Of a stretch of DNA of 64,000 nucleotides, positions 9,917 to 20,055 are shown piece after piece. How positions within the stretch are numbered: the stretch's first letter is position 1; every line of letters begins with the position of its first letter. A model generated the notes under the pieces. It did not search any database. It was not told the origin of the DNA and saw only the letters and a program-made list of their open reading frames with translations. The translations under genes and the position numbers were made by a program. Origin of the DNA: Tagaea sp. (GTDB taxonomy: Bacteria; Pseudomonadota; Alphaproteobacteria; CACIAM-22H2); NCBI GenBank assembly GCA_965279525.1, contig CBDIIB010000004.1:1-64000 (forward strand), in the 5' to 3' direction.

Positions 9917-10732
9917 ATGGCGGGATCAGTAAGTGGTCTGCCGGCCGTTGTTGCGTGGAAGCAGCTCCAGAAGACGGGCGATGCCGCGCAGGAAAAGTGG
10001 TCGAAGCAGGCGAGTGTCCAGCAGAAGATCGCATATGCGAAAGACGTCGTCGCCAAGGCGAAGACGGTCGACGATCTTCTAAACAATCGCAAATTCATGG
10101 AATTCGCGCTGTCGGCCTTCGGGCTCGAGAGCGAGATCGACAAGAAGGGTCTTCTCAAGAAGGTCCTGCTGTCGGATCTGACCAACATCGATTCGCTCGC
10201 GAACCGGATGAACGATGCGCGCTATCAGGACATCGCGAGCCGGCTGCAGCTCAAGACCCTCGGCGTCGAAGGGCCGCGCTCGCCCGGCGTGATGGACGGG
10301 CTTGTCGCCCGCTACATCAAGAACGAGTTCGAGAAGTCGCAGGGAAACGCCAGTCCCGGGCTGCGTGAGGCGCTCTACTTCAAGGAGAACGCCTCGAAGA
10401 TCAACAGCCCGTGGGCGATCCTCGGCGACAAGGTGCTGCGCGAGGTCGTCACGTCGACGCTCGGTATCCCCAAGGAAATGGCGCTCCAGGGCGTCGAAGC
10501 GCAGGCGACCTACCTCTCGAAGAAGGTCGATATCGAGAAGTTCAAGGACAAACGCTTCGTCGAGAACTTCATCCAGCGCTACCTGACCACGCGTGACCAG
10601 GAGACGGCCGCGTCGAATGGCGCCGGTGCCAGCATGTATAGCGGCCTTCTCCAGGTCGTCAGTTCGGAAAGCAGCTTCGACATGAGCGGCATCCTCGACC
10701 TGATGCAGGGCATGAACACGCGCCGCTACTAG
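9917..10732 (+). CDS. DUF1217-like flagellar-cluster protein
   Basis: FALSAFGLE..I.KKG...KVL.SD....SLAN, GLREALYF and ILGDKVLREVV...LGIP; RBS aaggag before ATG 9917. Confidence 0.75.
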   Translation: MAGSVSGLPAVVAWKQLQKTGDAAQEKWSKQASVQQKIAYAKDVVAKAKTVDDLLNNRKFMEFALSAFGLESEIDKKGLLKKVLLSDLTNIDSLANRMNDARYQDIASRLQLKTLGVEGPRSPGVMDGLVARYIKNEFEKSQGNASPGLREALYFKENASKINSPWAILGDKVLREVVTSTLGIPKEMALQGVEAQATYLSKKVDIEKFKDKRFVENFIQRYLTTRDQETAASNGAGASMYSGLLQVVSSESSFDMSGILDLMQGMNTRRY

Positions 10733-10819
10733 GATTCTGACGGAGGCTGGTAGAGTACGCCTGCGGGTTGCGCGATTCGCGCGCGGCCGGCAGGCGCGCG
10801 AAATCTGGAGATCTTGAAA

Positions 10820-11068
10820 ATGTCGGACGGAACATCGGACGAATCCAAATTCAACATTTCGAGCACGGACCAGGAGCGTCTGGCCGCCATGCGCGTCATC
10901 GCCGACGCGATGGAAGAGGGCATGCGCCAGGGCCTGCACCGCGATGCGCTGACCGTCGCGTGCTTCACCGTCGTGCTGCAGATGCTTGTCGATGTCTATG
11001 GCCGCGAGGCGGTCGAGCATCTCGTGGCCGACATGGCGCCGCGCGTCATCGCCGGCGATTTCGGCTGA
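10820..11068 (+). CDS. Small helical hypothetical protein (82 aa)
   Basis: RBS ggag and normal codon usage; fills the gap between neighbouring genes. Confidence 0.65.
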   Translation: MSDGTSDESKFNISSTDQERLAAMRVIADAMEEGMRQGLHRDALTVACFTVVLQMLVDVYGREAVEHLVADMAPRVIAGDFG

Positions 11069-11072
11069 AGCT

Positions 11073-12404
11073 TCAGCTCGCGGCCAGGACGATCAGCCCG
11101 GGAATGGGCTTCTGGCCTTCGGAGCGCGGGGATTCCACGCGCCACTGCAGCGGCTTCAGGCCGGCGCCGGCCACCGCTTTTTCGACATACCCGCGCGCGT
11201 GCGCGTAGCGGCCCGAGGGCCGCACCACCCAGTCGCCCGTTTCCTCGGGCAGCATCGTTTCAGTCGAGAACACGAGATGGCCGCCGCCGCGAAGTGCCGC
11301 GCGTGCCGCCTTGAGCGCGTCGTCGATCACGCCGAAATAGCAGAACACGTCGGCCGCCACGATCAGGTCGTAGGAAAAGCGGTGCGCCACGAGATCGGCG
11401 ACCAGTTCGCCGACGCGCAGCTCGTCGTAGATCCCGCGCGCCTGCGCATGCGACAGCATGCCTTGCGACAGGTCCACGCCTTCCAGTCGCCTGGACCACG
11501 GCCGCAGCACCAGCCCGGCTAGCCCGGTGCCGCAACCGGCGTCGAGCGTGGCGAAGCGGGGCTCGGGCGCGCCCCACTGTTCTTCGAGCATCGCGCGGAT
11601 CCCCTCGGGCGCGCTGTAGCCGACCGAAGCGAGCGTGCTGTCGAATGTCGCCGCGAACAGGTCGAAGGCGCTGCTGACATAGCCGTCCTCGGCGCGCGGC
11701 GGCGCCGGCTGGCCGGCAAGGGCGGCCGCCCAGTGGCGCGCGGTCGGACTGTCGGGATATGACGCCCGCCAGATGCGCGCGCGCTCGGCCGCTTCGGCGT
11801 GCCGGCCGGTGCCGTAGAGCGCATAGATGGCCGTTCCGTAGTTCGAATGGACATGCGGATGGTTCGGGGCGGCGGCGAGCGCCTTGGCGTAGAGATCGAT
11901 GGCCGCATCGAGATTGCCGCGCCGCTGTTCGAGATTGGCGAGGTTGTTGAACGCGTCGGCGCTGGCCGGATCGAGCTCGATCGCGCGGCGGTAGGATTGC
12001 GCCGCCTCCTCGATCCGCTCGAGGGCCGAAAGCGCGGCACCCCGGTTGGAATGGGCGCCGCCATGTGTGGGCAGCAGTGCGATCGAGCGGTCGGCAGCGG
12101 CGAGCGCTTCGTCGAAGCGGGCGAGCGAGATCAGGGCCGCGGCGCGGTTGGATTCGAAATGCGCGTTGGCGGGAACGAGCGCGCAGGCCTTGACGATCCG
12201 CGCCAGCGCCACGTCGTGCCGGCCTTCGGCGCGCGCGACGAGGCCGGAAAGATGCAGCGCGTCGGGATGGTCGGGCTTGAGCTTGAGGGCCCGCGCATAG
12301 AGCGGTGCCGCACCGGCGATGTCGCCGATCCGGTGGCGCTCGAAACCGGCCGCGACGAGCGCGTCCGGATTGTTGCGGGGGGAGGCAGGCGGGCGGGATT
12401 TCAT
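11073..12404 (-). CDS. TPR + class I SAM-dependent methyltransferase
   Basis: TPRs followed by YVSSAFDLFAATFD, LDAGCGTG, GVDLSQGML and DLIVAADVFCYFG. Confidence 0.85.
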   Translation of the reverse strand: MKSRPPASPRNNPDALVAAGFERHRIGDIAGAAPLYARALKLKPDHPDALHLSGLVARAEGRHDVALARIVKACALVPANAHFESNRAAALISLARFDEALAAADRSIALLPTHGGAHSNRGAALSALERIEEAAQSYRRAIELDPASADAFNNLANLEQRRGNLDAAIDLYAKALAAAPNHPHVHSNYGTAIYALYGTGRHAEAAERARIWRASYPDSPTARHWAAALAGQPAPPRAEDGYVSSAFDLFAATFDSTLASVGYSAPEGIRAMLEEQWGAPEPRFATLDAGCGTGLAGLVLRPWSRRLEGVDLSQGMLSHAQARGIYDELRVGELVADLVAHRFSYDLIVAADVFCYFGVIDDALKAARAALRGGGHLVFSTETMLPEETGDWVVRPSGRYAHARGYVEKAVAGAGLKPLQWRVESPRSEGQKPIPGLIVLAAS

Positions 12405-12489
12405 TCGACCAGGGCCCTGAAACGGAACCGGCGCGCAGGCCGGTTCGGGGAACCTGGCCGTGCGCGCCGGGTAGGGGAAGGGCTTGCGA

Positions 12490-12864
12490 TCAGGCTGCCG
12501 TCGCGCCGCGCAGACCGTCCATGACGTGGCGGTTGATCGCGATCAGCATTTCCAGATCGCCGTCCGGATGGCTGTTCACGATCATGTCGGAATTCTTGTT
12601 CACGTAGGCCGCGAGATTGATGAGCAGCACCTTGAGCTCCTTGGGGAGCTTGTTGTGCTCGTCGGCGACGTCGGTCACGAAGGCGTTCCAGACGTCGCGG
12701 TTGTGGAAGATCGCGTCGCAGACCTGCCCGACCGACTGCGGGTCGAGCTGGGTGACCACGGCCTTCGCGTCGGTCAGCTTCTTCGTGACCAGGGACAGGA
12801 GGCGATATTCCCGCTCGCGTTCAGACTCGGTGGCGCCGGGCGCCGATGGGTTCGGGTTCTGCAC
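12490..12864 (-). CDS. flaF: Flagellar biosynthesis regulator FlaF
   Basis: ERE..LL..VT..L...AIFHNRDVWNAFVTDVADEHNKLPKELK..LINL; GTG start after ggagga; downstream of flagellin. Confidence 0.8.
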   Translation of the reverse strand: MQNPNPSAPGATESEREREYRLLSLVTKKLTDAKAVVTQLDPQSVGQVCDAIFHNRDVWNAFVTDVADEHNKLPKELKVLLINLAAYVNKNSDMIVNSHPDGDLEMLIAINRHVMDGLRGATAA

Positions 12865-12990
12865 GATTCCTCCTGAGGCCGGCGACTCGGGCAAAAGCCC
12901 GTTTCTCGTCGGATAGTAATAACCGAGTCGGCCCAAGTGCGCAAAATGAAAGCGCGGCGAGGGGGTTGCAAAGCTTACCCTACAAACGAA

Positions 12991-13018
12991 ACGGGGGCGG
13001 CCCGTAGGCCGCCCCCGT
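12991..13018 (-). terminator. Terminator after flagellin
   Basis: acgggggcggcc-cgta-ggccgcccccgt hairpin with a short T-run on the minus strand. Confidence 0.7.
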
Positions 13019-13042
13019 CCGTCTTTGGTATTCCGCCGGAAG

Positions 13043-13861
13043 TTAGCGGAAGAGGCCGAGCAGCACGGAGGGCTGCTGGTTGGCGATGGACAGCGACTGG
13101 ATGCCGAGCTGCTGGCGGACCTGCAGCGCCTGCACCGAGGCCGACGCCTTGCCGATGTCGGCGTCGACGATGGCGCCGAGACCGGTCGTGGTCGCGTCGA
13201 CGATCGCGTTCACGAAGCTCGACTGGAGCTGCAGCGTGCGCGTTTCCGCCGCGTTGGCACCCAGCGAGCTGGCAACCGCCTGCGCGAAGGTGTTGAGCGA
13301 GGTGAGCGCCAGCGTTGCCGCCGAAGCCGACGTGACCGACGACGTGTTGAACGTCGTGAAGGCCGCGTTGACCGAGGACTGCGCCGTCATCGTCAGCGTC
13401 ACGGCGTTGGTGTCGGCAAGGAACGTCTTGGCGACCGAGGCGGCCGACAGCAGGTTCGTGCCGTTGTAGTTCGCCTGCGTGATGAAGTTGTTGATCTGCG
13501 AGGTCATCGCGTTGAAGTCGGCGGTGTAGATCGTGCGCTGGTTGGCGCTGATCGACCCGTCGGCGAGCTGCGTGATCTTGGCCTGCAGGTTGCCGACCAG
13601 GTTCGAGATGTTGGTCAGTGCCGCCTGCGTGACGGAGCCGAGGCCCACACCGTTGGCGAGCGAGCCCTGGACGGCCTGGAAGGCCTGCAGGTTGCCGCGG
13701 ATGCCTTGCGCGACCGAGAAGGTCGATGCGTCGTCGGCAGCGTCCGCGACCCGGTAACCGGTCTGGACCTGCTTGGAGGCGACGTTGAGAGCGGATTGCG
13801 TGGTGCGCAGGGAGGCCAGAGCCACCATCGCGCCGACGTTTGTGTTGATCGAGTTCGACAT
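13043..13861 (-). CDS. fliC: Flagellin (short, 272 aa, Caulobacter Flj-like size)
   Basis: SINTNVGAMVAL..L, TGYRVADAADDAS, and C-terminal VDADIGKASASVQALQVRQQLGIQSLSIANQQPSVLLGLFR. Confidence 0.93.
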   Translation of the reverse strand: MSNSINTNVGAMVALASLRTTQSALNVASKQVQTGYRVADAADDASTFSVAQGIRGNLQAFQAVQGSLANGVGLGSVTQAALTNISNLVGNLQAKITQLADGSISANQRTIYTADFNAMTSQINNFITQANYNGTNLLSAASVAKTFLADTNAVTLTMTAQSSVNAAFTTFNTSSVTSASAATLALTSLNTFAQAVASSLGANAAETRTLQLQSSFVNAIVDATTTGLGAIVDADIGKASASVQALQVRQQLGIQSLSIANQQPSVLLGLFR

Positions 13862-13989
13862 GAACAGGTCCTTCCTCTTCTAGGGTCAGGCCCAGCGTTC
13901 TGCTGAGCTTGCTGGCGAGCTACCGTCTTGTAGACCCCGCCCGCAAAAACACACTAATTCATCGCTTATATGTATGCTAGAAAAAAATG

Positions 13990-14005
13990 GTAAAATTTGA
14001 ATTAA
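13990..14005 (-). promoter_or_regulatory. Possible CtrA box upstream of flagellin
   Basis: Minus strand reads TTAA-ttcaaat-TTTAC, one mismatch to TTAA-N7-TTAAC, but the surrounding DNA is AT-rich so a chance match is possible. Confidence 0.4.
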
Positions 14006-14102
14006 TTTTCGACTAATTCCATGGGGTACGGCCGGATACCGGCTTGGCCGCGCGGCCGGGACAACTGATGCCAGCGCCGGATATCTCGGCTATGCTCTGG
14101 CA

Positions 14103-16226
14103 ATGGAAGGCATTTCGACGATTCTGGCGGCCGCCATCGGGCACCATCAGGCCGGCCGTTTCGACAATGCGGTATCCGAATACGAAAAATTGGTATCCGC
14201 TGGTATACGCGTTCCAGTCCTTTTTCAGTCCCTGGGGGCGGCGCGGCTGGCACTCGGACAGGCCGAACCGGCGATTCTGGCCCTGACCGAAGCCACCCGA
14301 CTCGATCCAGCTTCGGCGCCGAGCTTCGCCAATCTCGGGCATGCGCTGGCGCTTGCCGCGCGCTGGCGCGAGGCGGCCGATGCCTATGCGCAGGCCGTGA
14401 AACTCGACGCGAAATTTTCCGAAGCACTCGTCGAGCAGGGCGTATGTCTCGAGAATGCCGGCGACGCGGCGGCGGGTGAAGCCTGCTTCGTGCGGGCCGC
14501 ATCGCTCGATCCGAAGAACGTGCGGATCTGGGCGCTGCTCGGTCGCGCCTATCATCGCCGGCGTGCGCTCGATCTTGCGATCGACAGCTACCGGCGCGGT
14601 GTGGCCGTCAAGGACGATGCCGCCGACCTGTGGAACAACCTGGGTGCCGTGCTGCACGAGCGCGGCGCGCTCGACGAAGCGCAGAAGGCGCTGGAACGGG
14701 CCGTGGCCCTGGCCCCCGAACTTGCCCAGGCGCATGCCAATCTCGGCTCGCTGCTGGCCGACCGCGACGACCGTGCGGGCGCCAAGGCCGCCTATGCGCG
14801 CGCGACCGCCTGCGATCCCGGCAATGTCGGCGCAAGGCTGGGTGCGTGCTTCGCCGAACTGCCGATCCTTTACGAAACGCCCGAGGCGATCGCCGGGGCG
14901 CGTGCGCGCTATGTGGCAGCACTGCGCGCGACGATCGCGGCACTCGATCTCGAAGCGCCCGGCGTGGCGCCGGCCGTCGCCGCCGCGGTCGGCCAGCAGC
15001 AGCCGTTCTTCCTGCCCTATCAGGCGCAGAACGATGTCGAGCCGCAACGAATGTATGGCGCGTTCGTGTGCGCCGCGATGGCGAAGACCTATCCGCAATG
15101 GGCGCGGAAGCTGGTGCCGCCGCCGCGCGGTGCCGACGGGCGCCTGCGCGTGGGCTTCGTGACCGCGTATTTCCGCCGCCATTCGATCTGGAAGCTGTTC
15201 CGCGGCTGGATGGAAAATCTCGATCGCAATCGCTTTGCCGTGCACGGCTACTGGACCGGTGCCGCGGCCGATGCGGAAACGCCGGCCGCGCGCGCGGCGT
15301 GCGCGCGCTTTGTCGAGGGGCTCGGCTTCGAGGCGATGGCCGCCGCGATCCACGCCGACGCGCCGCACGTGCTGATCTATCCCGAGATCGGCATGGACCC
15401 GGTCTCGCACAAGCTTGCCACGCTGCGCCTGGCACCCGTGCAGTGCACCACCTGGGGCCATCCGGAAACGACCGGGCTTGCGACGATGGACTGGTTCCTG
15501 ACAAGCGACCTGATGGAGCCGCCGGGCGAGGCCGGGCGCTACAGCGAGCGCGTCCACCGCCTGCCGAACATCTCGATCGATTACGCGGCACCGGCCGTCG
15601 TGCCCGCGTCGCTCGATGCAGGCGCGCTCGGCCTGCGCGAGGGCGCGATGCGCTACCTGTGCTGCCAGTCGATCTTCAAGTACCTGCCGCAGGACGACGA
15701 CATCCTCGCGAGGATCGCGGCCGGCGTGCCGGACTCCCAGTTCATCTTCCTCGGCCATCCGACCGCGACGAACCTGACGGCCGCGTTCAAGGCGCGCGTG
15801 TCGGCCGCGTTTGCCGCGCGCGGGCTCGATCCGGCGCGCCATGTCGTGATGCTGCCCCAGCAGGACGGGCCGCGTTACGCCGCCCTCAACGCCATGTCGC
15901 ATCTGTTCCTCGACTCGCTGCGCTGGTCGGGCGGCAACACGACGCTCGAGGCGGTGGCGCAGGGGTTGCCCGCACTCACCTGGCCGGGCGACCTGATGCG
16001 CGGCCGGCACAGCTACGCGATCCTGAAACGCATGGATCTCGACGAGGGGATCGCCAGCGATCCCGACGACTATGTCGCGCGCGCGGTTCGTTTCGGCACC
16101 GACCGGGACGCTCTTGCCGCCTATCGTGCGCGCACGGCCGAGCGGCGCGCGCTTCTGTGGCGCGATGCCAGTTCGACGGCGGCACTGGGCGAATTCCTCG
16201 AGCGCGTCGGCGGGGGGCTTGCGTGA
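14103..16226 (+). CDS. TPR + GT41 glycosyltransferase (CCQSIFKYLP subtype)
   Basis: Multiple TPRs; LRVGFVTAYFRRHS, IYPEIGMDP, LAPVQCTTWGHPETTG and DSLRWSGGNTTLEA. Confidence 0.88.
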   Translation: MEGISTILAAAIGHHQAGRFDNAVSEYEKLVSAGIRVPVLFQSLGAARLALGQAEPAILALTEATRLDPASAPSFANLGHALALAARWREAADAYAQAVKLDAKFSEALVEQGVCLENAGDAAAGEACFVRAASLDPKNVRIWALLGRAYHRRRALDLAIDSYRRGVAVKDDAADLWNNLGAVLHERGALDEAQKALERAVALAPELAQAHANLGSLLADRDDRAGAKAAYARATACDPGNVGARLGACFAELPILYETPEAIAGARARYVAALRATIAALDLEAPGVAPAVAAAVGQQQPFFLPYQAQNDVEPQRMYGAFVCAAMAKTYPQWARKLVPPPRGADGRLRVGFVTAYFRRHSIWKLFRGWMENLDRNRFAVHGYWTGAAADAETPAARAACARFVEGLGFEAMAAAIHADAPHVLIYPEIGMDPVSHKLATLRLAPVQCTTWGHPETTGLATMDWFLTSDLMEPPGEAGRYSERVHRLPNISIDYAAPAVVPASLDAGALGLREGAMRYLCCQSIFKYLPQDDDILARIAAGVPDSQFIFLGHPTATNLTAAFKARVSAAFAARGLDPARHVVMLPQQDGPRYAALNAMSHLFLDSLRWSGGNTTLEAVAQGLPALTWPGDLMRGRHSYAILKRMDLDEGIASDPDDYVARAVRFGTDRDALAAYRARTAERRALLWRDASSTAALGEFLERVGGGLA

Positions 16227-17866
16227 GCGGGGGATACGAAGCCGGTGCGGCCGCCTTCGCCGCCGGCGATCTTGCCGGTGCCGGAAGGCACTTCGCCGCC
16301 CAGCTCGCGTTGGACCCGAACCATGTGCCGAGCCTCGTCGATTACGGCGTGACGCTGTTCATGTCCGATGCACCGGAGCAGGCGATCCCGCTGTTTGAGC
16401 GCGCTCTCGCGCACATGCCGGGCAATCCGGCGATCGAGGTCAACCTCGCGCGCGCGGTCGAAGCGGCGGGCCGGCCGCTTGCCGCCGAAGCGCTGTGGCG
16501 CACGCAGGTGGCGCGCGATCCGGCCGACGCGATCGCGCGCCACCATCTGGGCAAGGTCCTGCTGGCGCAAGGCCGCTACCACGAGGCGCTGACCTCGTTC
16601 GCGACCGCAGTCGAGCGCGCGCAGGGGGCGACCCGCGCGCTGTGCTGGCGGGCCTATCTCAACACGCAGAACTACATGGACGACGTGTCGCCCGCGCGCA
16701 TCCTCGCCGAGAACATGCGCTACGCAACCGAGCATTCGCCGCCGGGCATCGGCAGGCCGGCCCCGCGCGACCCGGACCCGAAGCGCAAGCTGCGCGTGGG
16801 CTATGTCACGTCGGACCTGCGCGCGCATTCGGTCGCGCGCAACATGCTGGGGATCTTCGCGCACCGCAACCGCGCGGACTTCGAGGCGCATGTCTATGCC
16901 GAGATCGAGCGGCCGGACACGTTCACCTCGATGTTCCGCGGCATGTCCGACCGGTGGGTGTCGACAGTCGGCATGGACGATGATGCGGCGGCCGCGCGCG
17001 TGCGCGCCGACGGGATCGACGTGCTCGTCCTCGTCGCGGGGCATTTCGACCGCAACCGGCTGGGCATCCTGCTGCGAAGGCCGGCCCCCGTGCAGCTCGC
17101 CGCCTACGACATCTGCACGCAAGGCACCGAGGCGGTCGACGCCATCTTCCTCGACCCCACGATGTGCGCCGGGCGCGCCGACCGCTTCGTCGAGCGCATG
17201 CTGCGCACGCGCCACGTCTATGTCCACCCGCCGCTCGAGGAAACGCCGCCGCTGGTGCCGGCGCCTTGCATCGCCAACGGCGTCGTGACGTTCGGTTCGG
17301 CGAACAATCCGTCGAAGATGTCGGGGCGCACCTACGACCTGTGGGCCGCCGCGCTGAAGGCCGTGCCGGGTGCGCGCCTGCGCCTTAAGTTCATGCGCGC
17401 CTATGCCGAGGCGGCGATGCGCGATCTCGTCACGAAGCGCTTTGCCCAGCGCGGCATCGAGCCGGCGCGCATCGAGTTCGAGACCGGGGCGATCGGGCGC
17501 GACGCGCACCTCGATTTCTATTCGCATGTCGACGTCGCACTGGACACGTTCCCGTTCACCGGCTCGACGACGACGTTCGAAGCACTGTGGATGGGGGTTC
17601 CAGTCGTCAGCCTGCGGGGCACGACCGTGCCCTCGCGCTGGACCGCGGCGATCCTCGCGCGCGCACACCGCGAGGAATGGTGCGCCGACGACATCGACGG
17701 CTTCGCCGCGACCGCCGCAAGGCTCGCGCGCGAGGCCCCGTCGCAGGACCGCGCCGCCCAGCGCGCGGCCATCGCCGCCTCGTCGATCTGCGATCTTCGC
17801 GGACAGGCGCGCGCCTACGAGCGGCTCTACCGCGCGATGTGGACGCGCGCATGCCGGGCGGCATGA
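16223..17866 (+). CDS. TPR + divergent GT41 glycosyltransferase
   Basis: GTG start overlaps the upstream TGA; LRVGYVTSDLRAHSV, FGSANNPSK and DTFPFTGSTTTFEALWMGVPVV. Confidence 0.85.
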   Translation: MSGGYEAGAAAFAAGDLAGAGRHFAAQLALDPNHVPSLVDYGVTLFMSDAPEQAIPLFERALAHMPGNPAIEVNLARAVEAAGRPLAAEALWRTQVARDPADAIARHHLGKVLLAQGRYHEALTSFATAVERAQGATRALCWRAYLNTQNYMDDVSPARILAENMRYATEHSPPGIGRPAPRDPDPKRKLRVGYVTSDLRAHSVARNMLGIFAHRNRADFEAHVYAEIERPDTFTSMFRGMSDRWVSTVGMDDDAAAARVRADGIDVLVLVAGHFDRNRLGILLRRPAPVQLAAYDICTQGTEAVDAIFLDPTMCAGRADRFVERMLRTRHVYVHPPLEETPPLVPAPCIANGVVTFGSANNPSKMSGRTYDLWAAALKAVPGARLRLKFMRAYAEAAMRDLVTKRFAQRGIEPARIEFETGAIGRDAHLDFYSHVDVALDTFPFTGSTTTFEALWMGVPVVSLRGTTVPSRWTAAILARAHREEWCADDIDGFAATAARLAREAPSQDRAAQRAAIAASSICDLRGQARAYERLYRAMWTRACRAA

Positions 17867-20055
17867 ATCCCGACGCGGTCGAACTGCTGCGCCAGGGCCT
17901 GCGCCGGCACGCGGCCGGCGCACTGGCCGAGGCGGCATCCCTGTTCGAGAAGGCGGCGCGCGTCGCCCCCGCACTTGCCGACGCGCACTACCTGCGCGGG
18001 GCCGTGCTGTCGCAGATGGGGAACGACACGGCCGCATTGCCGTCGCTCGAGCGCGCAGTGGCGCTCGTGCCGTCGACGGCGGCGTATCACGGCGCATTGG
18101 CGCTGGCGCTGAAGGGGCTCGGCCGCCTCGAAGAATCCATCGCGTCGTTCGAGCGGCAGACGGCCCTCTCGCCTGGCGATGCCGACGCTCATTTCAATCT
18201 CGGCAACGCGCTGCATGATCGCGTACCGGCAGAGGCCGAAGCGGCATGGCGCAAGGCGCTGGCCTTGCGCGCCGACCATCCGGGGGCCGCCCTAAATCTC
18301 GGCAACCTGCTGGCACGCCGCAAGGACTGGACGCAAGCGCTCGCCATGTACGCGCGCGCACCGGGCACGGCCGCGGCACTCGTCGGTGCGGCCGCATGCC
18401 TGATGGAACTCCATCGGCCCGACGAGGCGCAGGAACGCGCGCGCGCCGCCGTCGCACTCGAGCCGAAGAACGCGGCCGCGTGGCGCAATCTGGGCATCGC
18501 ACTCGCCGCGCGCGGACGCATCGACGAAGCGCTCGCGGCCTATGGCCATGCGGGCGACGACATCGAGACGCGCATCGCCGCCGGTGCCGCCCTTTCCTCG
18601 GCACACCGCTACGCGCAGGCGGCAGCGATGCTGGCCGAAGCGGCGGCACAGGCCCCCGACCGGTTCGACGCGTGGCTCAATCTGGGCGTTGCCGAGGCGG
18701 GCAGGGGCCGCTATGCCGCCGCGCGCGACGCGTTCGCCCGCGCGCGCGCCCTCGATCCCGCATCGGGCAAGGCGCTTTCCAATCTTGCCAATGCCGAGCT
18801 CTATTGCGGCAATGCCGCCGCCGCCCGCCCGCTCTACGAAGCCGCACGCGCCGCCGATCCGGCCGACCTGACGGTGGCATCGACCGCACTCTACGCGCTG
18901 AACTACGACGACGCGCTCGATGCCGCGTCGGTCGTGGCGGCACACCGCGCGTGGGGCGAAAGCCGGCCGCCAGCCGCCCGGCCCACGAAACGTGCGGGTG
19001 CGGCGCGCATCCGCGTGGGCTACGTCTCGGGCGACTTCAACCACCATTCATGCGCGTTCGTGCTGGCGGCGATGCTGGCGCACCACGACCGCAGCAACTT
19101 CGAGATCTTCGCCTACTCGAACACGATGCGCGAGGACGCGGTCACGCAGCGCCTGCGCGCGTCGATCGACACATGGCGGCACATCGTCGGCGTCGGCGAT
19201 GCGACGGTGGCTTCGCAGATCGAAGCCGACGGCATCGACGTGCTTGTCGATCTTTCCGGCCATACGAGCGGCAACCGCATGGGCGTGTTCACGCTTCGCC
19301 CGGCACCCGTGCAGGCGACGTGGCTGGGCTATCCCGCCACGACCGGGTTGCCGGCGATGGACGCGCGCATCGTCGACGCCGTCAGCGATCCCGACGACGA
19401 GGGCTGCGTGGAACGCGTCGTGCGCCTTTCCGGCGGCTTCCTCGCGTTCACCCCTCCTTCGGGGCCGGAACCGTCGCGTGAATCCGGCCCGCCGACCTTC
19501 GGCTCGTTCAACAATGTCGCGAAGCTGGGGCCGCGCACCGTCGCGTGCTGGGCGAAGATCCTGCACGCCGTGCCGGAATCGCGTCTGCTGCTGAAGGGGC
19601 TGAGCTTCGAGGACCCGGGCATCGCCAAGCACTATCGCGCGCTGTTTGCAGCACACGGCATCTCGCCCGAACGGCTCGACCTGATCGGCTGGGTCGCGGG
19701 CTCGGGCGGGCATCTGCCGCTCTATGCGCGCATCGACGTGGCGCTCGATCCGTTCCCGTACAACGGCACGCTGACGACGCTCGAAGCGCTGTGGATGGGC
19801 GTGCCCGTCGTCACGTTGCGCGGCGACCGCCATGCGTCCCGCGTGGGTGCGTCGATCCTGACGCATCTCGGCCGGCCCGACCTGATCGCGGAGAGCGAAG
19901 ACGCCTATGTCGAGCGGGCTGCCGGCCAGGTTTCGGCACGCGCCGACCGCGCGGCCTTGCGCGCCGCGCTCGAAGCTTCGCCGTTGATGGACGGCGCGCG
20001 TCTGGCGCGTGAACTCGAAACGGCTTACCGCGCGCTGCTTACGGACGCGCTTTGA
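17863..20055 (+). CDS. TPR + GT41 (SPINDLY-like) glycosyltransferase
   Basis: ATGA overlap; long TPR array; IRVGYVSGDFNHHS, VDLSGHTSGNR, PAPVQATWLGYPATTG and DPFPYNGTLTTLEALWMG. Confidence 0.88.
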   Translation: MNPDAVELLRQGLRRHAAGALAEAASLFEKAARVAPALADAHYLRGAVLSQMGNDTAALPSLERAVALVPSTAAYHGALALALKGLGRLEESIASFERQTALSPGDADAHFNLGNALHDRVPAEAEAAWRKALALRADHPGAALNLGNLLARRKDWTQALAMYARAPGTAAALVGAAACLMELHRPDEAQERARAAVALEPKNAAAWRNLGIALAARGRIDEALAAYGHAGDDIETRIAAGAALSSAHRYAQAAAMLAEAAAQAPDRFDAWLNLGVAEAGRGRYAAARDAFARARALDPASGKALSNLANAELYCGNAAAARPLYEAARAADPADLTVASTALYALNYDDALDAASVVAAHRAWGESRPPAARPTKRAGAARIRVGYVSGDFNHHSCAFVLAAMLAHHDRSNFEIFAYSNTMREDAVTQRLRASIDTWRHIVGVGDATVASQIEADGIDVLVDLSGHTSGNRMGVFTLRPAPVQATWLGYPATTGLPAMDARIVDAVSDPDDEGCVERVVRLSGGFLAFTPPSGPEPSRESGPPTFGSFNNVAKLGPRTVACWAKILHAVPESRLLLKGLSFEDPGIAKHYRALFAAHGISPERLDLIGWVAGSGGHLPLYARIDVALDPFPYNGTLTTLEALWMGVPVVTLRGDRHASRVGASILTHLGRPDLIAESEDAYVERAAGQVSARADRAALRAALEASPLMDGARLARELETAYRALLTDAL

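Noticed and set aside
14630-17866. 1078-aa ORF suggesting a giant fusion protein
   Set aside because: The N-terminal half is an Arg-rich off-frame overlap of 14103-16226; the real gene starts at GTG 16223.
14013-18097. Long antisense ORFs (665 and 658 aa; similar ones at 5360-6715 and 29133-30677)
   Set aside because: These are shadow ORFs expected in high-GC DNA, lying opposite genes with clear family motifs.
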